Source of the DNA: Ramazzottius varieornatus
Lineage: Eukaryota > Animalia > Tardigrada
Reading direction: 5' to 3'
Assembly (NCBI GenBank): GCA_001949185.1
Contig: BDGG01000001.1
Location: 7,128,685-7,192,684, forward strand
Length of the DNA stretch: 64,000 nucleotides
Under the pieces are notes generated by a model, which did not search any database, was not told where the DNA came from, and worked only from the letters and a program-made list of their open reading frames with translations. The position numbers were made by a program, and so were the translations under genes. Positions 57,921 to 64,000 of this stretch are shown in pieces. Numbering within the stretch: position 1 is the stretch's first letter; every line of letters begins with the position of its first letter.

Positions 57921-60900
57921 TATCGTAAAATACAACTGAATCTCACGGAACAAGGATTGAACAAAATTTTTGGAGCGCCAGTGACGTACTACACTGGATA
58001 TATACTTTACTAGTACCAGGCTGTACTTTACGGCGGGCTTTCGGTGAACTGTCTGGCAGTATGATCAACGATGCAAACCTCCCGGCTTGTGCCGTACTAC
58101 GGAGCATGCCATCAATTGCGAAAGCCGAAAACAGCGACATGCACAGTGTCGGTTCTATTGTACAGTGTACAGGAAATTTTCATTCAAGTCTCTCAGTCTT
58201 TTAAAATTGCAGAAGCTCGTTTCTGACTTTCTGGTCGAATAACTGACAATAACGTACGTTCTTTCTTTCCGGGGATTACGGATGTGCTGCATCCTACGCT
58301 CTCCAGCCGGTGTGAGGTACTTGTGGGAAGATAGGGTTTGACGGGCGCACGTTGGTTGGGTAATTCTCCGTTCTCTGTCGCTCTTCTGCTCTATGCTCAT
58401 TAGCCTTCTTGTGAGTGGCAAAGCGTAAGTATGTAAGTCTCCCACGCAAGCTTAGTCAGATTTGCGAACCCTTTACAGCAGACCTGGATCTGGACGCAAA
58501 CTGCAGTCTATCGCCTTCATGTGTTTTGTTTTCGTGCACGTGCGCCAGTATTTGATACACGAGTCAACGTGGTCAGCTCGTGTCGCATGTGCCTATTGGA
58601 TAACAAGTGCTCTGTTTTTGAATTTTGCAGATAGTTTTGCTGTATTGTGTACGATGAAAAGTTCGAGCTCCTCGCGATCGTGGATATGATGCGGTCTTGC
58701 TGCCAATAGCCAGAACGTGAGTACCAGTTAACGTCTTGATTGATTGACGCATATCTCATACATTCAGTACCTCTCAGTAACAGAAGTGTGGTTGGAGAAC
58801 ATGGCTCGAAATTCTGTAGCTCTTGATTCGCCCTTACGTGAAAGTCGAGTATCTGGAGCGGAGGCCCACATTCTATTTATTTGTTCAATTCTGTAAGCGA
58901 TCAGCACGGGTTGTGTACTGCTGCTGTTTCGATTATTCCGAGTCGTACTCTACTTGACATGATGGATCACCACCATTCAACCGTAATAGGGAACAGTTTT
59001 TTGCCGTAAAACCCTCAAAATAATGACGGATGAGTTTTTTACTGTAATGTTCAAAGTCAACGAACGTGACACCCGTTGTTTTTGTCTGTGCTGAATACAC
59101 TGCGGTGGCGTAGGTCTTCCGTAAGATGTAACCGATGCGTGTTTGATGCCTCGGCAGAGGATGATGCCATTGCGTGCCGTGCCATGCCGGCGTTTATGCA
59201 TTAGCGTATCCGCCCGGAACACAAAGTTATGTAATATTGTCAGAAGGGAATCGAATAATTGCGAGGGATGTCACAACGGTTTTAACCGGAATAACTGATG
59301 AGAGTTATTAAGAAATACTTCAACTCAGAAATTCACTGTTGGACCCGACGAATAGTTCTAATTGCTGGTCGGAATGTGTTCTAATGACAGATCAGTGTCA
59401 TAATAATGGTCGAGATTGTTAACTGAACAATCGACAATATTCTTGCTTTGTTTTGCCAGTGGAATCTAGCGAGGACAGAAGAGAGTGTTGCGTCTTTCAA
59501 ACCGATTCTTTTTTTCGGCACTGCAGGCCGATCGTTTTGGCGGATTATGTCACGTCTAATGGATTGGGCCATTAATCACAAAGCGCATCTTGAATATATG
59601 ATCGGCTAGGGGAATCCGCCATATACATACCGCCCGGAGATTCCCAGGGTCACGGTCATGCTTCGACTCCCCTTTTTCACTCGGTACACTCTCGTCACTT
59701 CCGTCAACTTTATAGTGGCAAATTTCGGCTTAAATGAAGAGTGAAGACGAGTATCGGTTCGCAGCAGACGCGATCAATGTCATTCTGTGCGCCGTGGAGA
59801 GCCATCAAGCGTAACTGAGCTACCGTAAAAGCCGGCATATTTATAACAGCGAAAGACTCAAAGCTGTAATGTCTGGTTCTCCGACAAATGCGACGGGGTG
59901 ATTACAGACTTGCATTTGTAGCTTGATCATGATAGCACTCTGTATATTTTGCTTTCGAATGGAGTCTGTGTCTTATCTAGTACAGCCTTAGGGGATAAAT
60001 CGGGGAAGTCAAGGTCGAATGCACTATTTGTGGTAGAAGCCAGTCGACAACGCAGCTCATCTAACAGGCTGAAAAACCTTGAGTAATCAATAGCTACGAA
60101 GATCGAACATCATCCAAATGTTTTCGCCGGTCGTTAGGTTTCTTCCCCATTCTGTTGCATAACAGGCAAGACCATCATCCGCCTACTGAAGTGACCTTCC
60201 AGCGAAGAACGCACAAAGATAATTCATCAAGTTTGCTCGCAGTAACAGTTGTTAGTGCGGGATTCGTCATGATTGGTGCAAGGGACTTGTATGTATGCTT
60301 GAGGTAGGGTTTTGCGAATGTGGGTAGTCGACGGCATTTGCGGAGCGAGTAGCCGGAGCAGGGAGCCTGACCTGTTCTTGGTCCTTATGAGTACCACACA
60401 TGTACACATAATTTTATGGTGTAGTAAAAAAATTACGAGTCGAACTGTAGTAGGTTTACCCTCGGGCCTCGGCAAACGAATATCCAAGATGGACGGTTTT
60501 CTCGCGATCAATGATCAGTTGTATCTAACTTTCCACAAGAGCGTGTGCCAATCTGGACCGCGTACTGTATGTATTTCTGCGGTTCTCTGTAAGGTTTTGA
60601 CCCTTTATGATCTGAAAACACGTGAGCAATAAGCGGGATGAGTACGGATGACGCTGTGGTCTTCCACCTGAATTGAGTTTAGATGTAGCTTCATTGGGTC
60701 AATGAGTTCACAGGAAGCTCCTTTCTGGTCTTAGGGCGACATCTGTCTGTTTGACCACATCACGGTGTGTGAACTCGCGAGCTGTTTGCAGCGCCGCAAT
60801 GAAGTTGTCCATCATCCGTGGCTGACTGACCACAGAAAGAATAACAGTGCATGATTAACTGCCTCAGTCCGCGATGGTCAAATATGTATTGGGGTATTTT

Positions 60901-63900
60901 AATGCGCTTTATCCACTAAGATCATGGCGTTTTGTGGTATGGGCCGTACCGTTACACACAGTATTTGGGTCAGTAATAACAGTGAGCACTCGCATAAACG
61001 GCTTCGTTTATGTTTGAACTGCTTGAATTAACTTTTTTGTTTGACTTTGGCGACTTCTGCTATCTGGACATGTTATTGCATTCTGCAGCTCATGTTCCAT
61101 ATCTTTAACCGGAAATTCAGCCGTGTAGCAAATCCCTTTGAATACTGAAGGTCGAGGAGCAAGATTTATGCAAGATTAATGGCACGTGTTTCTTTTTTTT
61201 ATTTGTTGATGCTAGAACGAAAACGTGTTGGTGGCTGCAGGCTGCTTTTAGGAAAGTTTACCCATTAGATGACTACAATACTTGTCCAATTCAGCACGTG
61301 ACGCCAAGTGCTAATTTTCAGCCGAATGCATTATAATTTATGTGAGCAAAACTTTGAAGTAGGCTGCTGTCTTCCGGCCGACAGAAAGCCCAAGTTACGG
61401 CTTGCCACCTGCAGACTCTTCTTGATCGAAGCGCATACCGTCGACATCGGGCTGCCAGACTACCAGTATAGCTTATAAATTTTCATAAATGATCCATCTT
61501 GAGATCTCCGAAATATTTGCTGCCAGCTTTTTAACCAAGAAGCTCTGACGTGTATTGAAGTTATCGCGGTGATCAAATCTTTTAATATTAGGAATGGTTC
61601 TGCGTATCAGCAGAGTGGATCTGAAATTGACGGTTATACTTCATAAATATTTGAGTAAGATGAATGAAACAGTGAAGTGTCAGAATTCAGTTTGGGAAAG
61701 TGAAACTTGACACAATCGACTCTCGACATACTTCACGGACAATTGGCATTTCGGGGTTATCTTACGACAGAGCGTGTCAGCAAAGCCGTCCTACCTCGAA
61801 CAGTCAGCGTAAACCGCTCGTTTCCCCAAAAACCGTCGATCAAAATACAAATAAGAAGACGATTGTTTACTCTTTGGGTGGCATCTGGTGTGAGTATCGT
61901 TACGGTAGGAGAACGTAGAACAGCTTTGTCGAACTGGGTGTTGATATTGGGCTGTTGATGAATTGGCGGGTACCGGTGAGTCAACCGTACAAACAAGGAA
62001 GTACGGACGTGCTGCGACCTTCTGCAACCGTTCCCACTCACGTCATCATGTCCACTTTGTCCAGCTACTGACACCTGTGTTGACCTGGCAGGCTAGTCTG
62101 CATTACAGTGTCTGTCCAACTGTCGCAATACTATCTTTGTAACTTTACAACGCCCAAGGAAAAAAAAATGAAGTGGACGAAACTTGGGCAAGTTGGTCAA
62201 GACAAGTTCCAACTATGCCGATTCAGGCATCTGCTATCGTTCCTTTCGCGGTTGGAACTGGTCGTAAATTTTGTAGAGTGATCTCAGACATTTTCAGCGT
62301 GAAATCGCATGACTGGTCCCACTCGATACTATGTTTCTTAAATTAAACGACATTACCGCTCGCTACTTTCTGACCCATATACGGCCATATTTTCGCGACA
62401 TTCTTGACGGATTAATCCATTACTTTTGAGAATTCGCCCATACGTCCACAGCGACAAATGTATTTATGCCGGCAGACGTCCATTTGACGGTTGCGGCGCG
62501 GTAGGAGACGTTGCAAAGTGCCCATTACGTTCGACCGAAGGGAAGTACGACCGCCAAAGAGCATCGCAGTTTGGAATACCGCGACCACCTGTACCTTTCC
62601 GTGAAGAGTGTACAGTTAATGTTGCTAAAAGGATCAGATGACCACCCTTGAACATTGTAATGAAAAACACACTCGGAATTTAATGCGAACACCATTCTCC
62701 ATTGCACAGTTGTTTATACACGTTTTCAGTTCTGTGGCTACTGATATCGGTGACCAAAAAACATCCTCAGAGTGGGCAGATTCTCGATCTTGAACTTGTA
62801 CTGTTTTGCCTCAAACCTTTTCTCACACTTTGTGAAAGGTTGCACAGTTGAGAACAATTCTCGAGTACTCTTATCGTTTGTTTGGTTTGCTCTTCTCCGC
62901 TGAAAATACTTTCACGATCTGCCGGGTAGCCTTGATCTGTATGTTCTGCCCCTCGGAAAGTCTGTTCGACTTGAAGCAATGAACCTAAGGTTGTTGTAGG
63001 TGGTCCTCCACTCAGAAATCGTTGGAATGCTACTTATGGCGCCGGATCGTTCATCTTCCCTCCTTGGAGCCTTTGTGTTGACGCCGAAGAGTGGGCGGTG
63101 CCTGGTGGGCAGAGTTTAACAGTTGTACGCAATTTCCAGTGATGACAGACGGCTAAGGTTTGCTATCGCATAAGGCAGAGAAAAATATGAATGTACTCGG
63201 CGATAAACGTCAACACACAATCCATATCTGTATCGGGATGTCTCGGCAATCGGCATTGCCCAGTTCGCTGTTGAGTAATGATGGTGTCACTTGGTGTACT
63301 TGTAATCGTATTAGCTCTAACCGCTAAAGAAGAGTTGAGAATCGACCGCGAACTCTCACTTCATCGCAGTGTGATGGTTCCAGACCATAGGGTGAACTTC
63401 CTGTTTGCTCTGAATTATGACAAATATTTGCTGTTGGAATATCTGCAGTGTGGATGAAACGCTTCAGTGCGAAGTTCGGACTTTTGATTCGATTCGCAGC
63501 CGGTGGATATGTAATTGTGCGTTTGTCGAGGTCTTGACTTTTGCTATCATGCAGTAATATACTGCGGGGAACTGGAATATCCCGTGGAGGGTGTGCGTTA
63601 GCTGTTTCCACGATATCTCTAGTTTGAATCTGTTGCTCCTTATTATCGAGTTCGAATTCTGTTCACTGGAACTGTTTAGTCAAAATTTCCGTCAGAGAGA
63701 AGGTACCGAAATTGTTTTCCCGAAACGTTCTTCGTGAGAATAATAATATCGCAGCCCGCTTAATGCCCGAGTACCTCAAATCCCAAGATGTCGCTGTCCT
63801 CCCTGGACGTCCTCCTTTTACAAAAGGCTGCCATGCAAGTTACTTTGCCTGATGGGCCATCCCCGTAATAATATCGCAGCCCGAACGCCGGCGAGGTTAT

Positions 63901-64000
63901 CTTCCCGTCTCGTAGAGTTATGATTAGTTTTGCACTGATTTATTACGGTAATACGCGCAACGACACAGCTCAAAATCTTTATGGTGTCGGTTGGCGAGAA

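Noticed and set aside
58000-64000. Short ORFs in the last 6 kb
   Set aside because: No recognisable domains or consistent exon chain; treated as intergenic/intronic or decayed sequence

Overview
Eukaryotic (metazoan) genomic DNA with a compact gene layout and short GT-AG introns. It looks like a small-genome invertebrate such as a tardigrade, but that is an inference only. Recognisable genes: HEATR5 (-, 3' end runs off the window), BMS1 (+), eIF1/SUI1 (-), RAD1 (+) with a degraded partial tandem copy, a disrupted neprilysin (M13) pseudogene, an anosmin-1/KAL-1-like FN3 gene (-), a CRISP/CAP-mucin-chitin-binding mosaic gene (+), ATG10 (+), TTC14 (-) and a TAF1B/RRN7-like gene (+). Many non-autonomous DNA transposons have definable ends (mariner/Tc1-type TA MITEs, a hAT MITE, an internally deleted piggyBac, a foldback element), and there is a 44-nt 18S rRNA 5' fragment. 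The most unusual signal is two families of inverted motif pairs with a fixed spacer length but divergent spacer sequence. Family A is GTGGCGCAC-N25-GTGCGCCAC (about 22 units). Family B is ACCTRCATAC-N30-GTATGYAGGT (about 9 units). They occur singly or in arrays of 2-4, almost only in introns of housekeeping genes. The region 58-64 kb has no confidently identifiable gene. Exon boundaries were read by eye and are approximate where stated.
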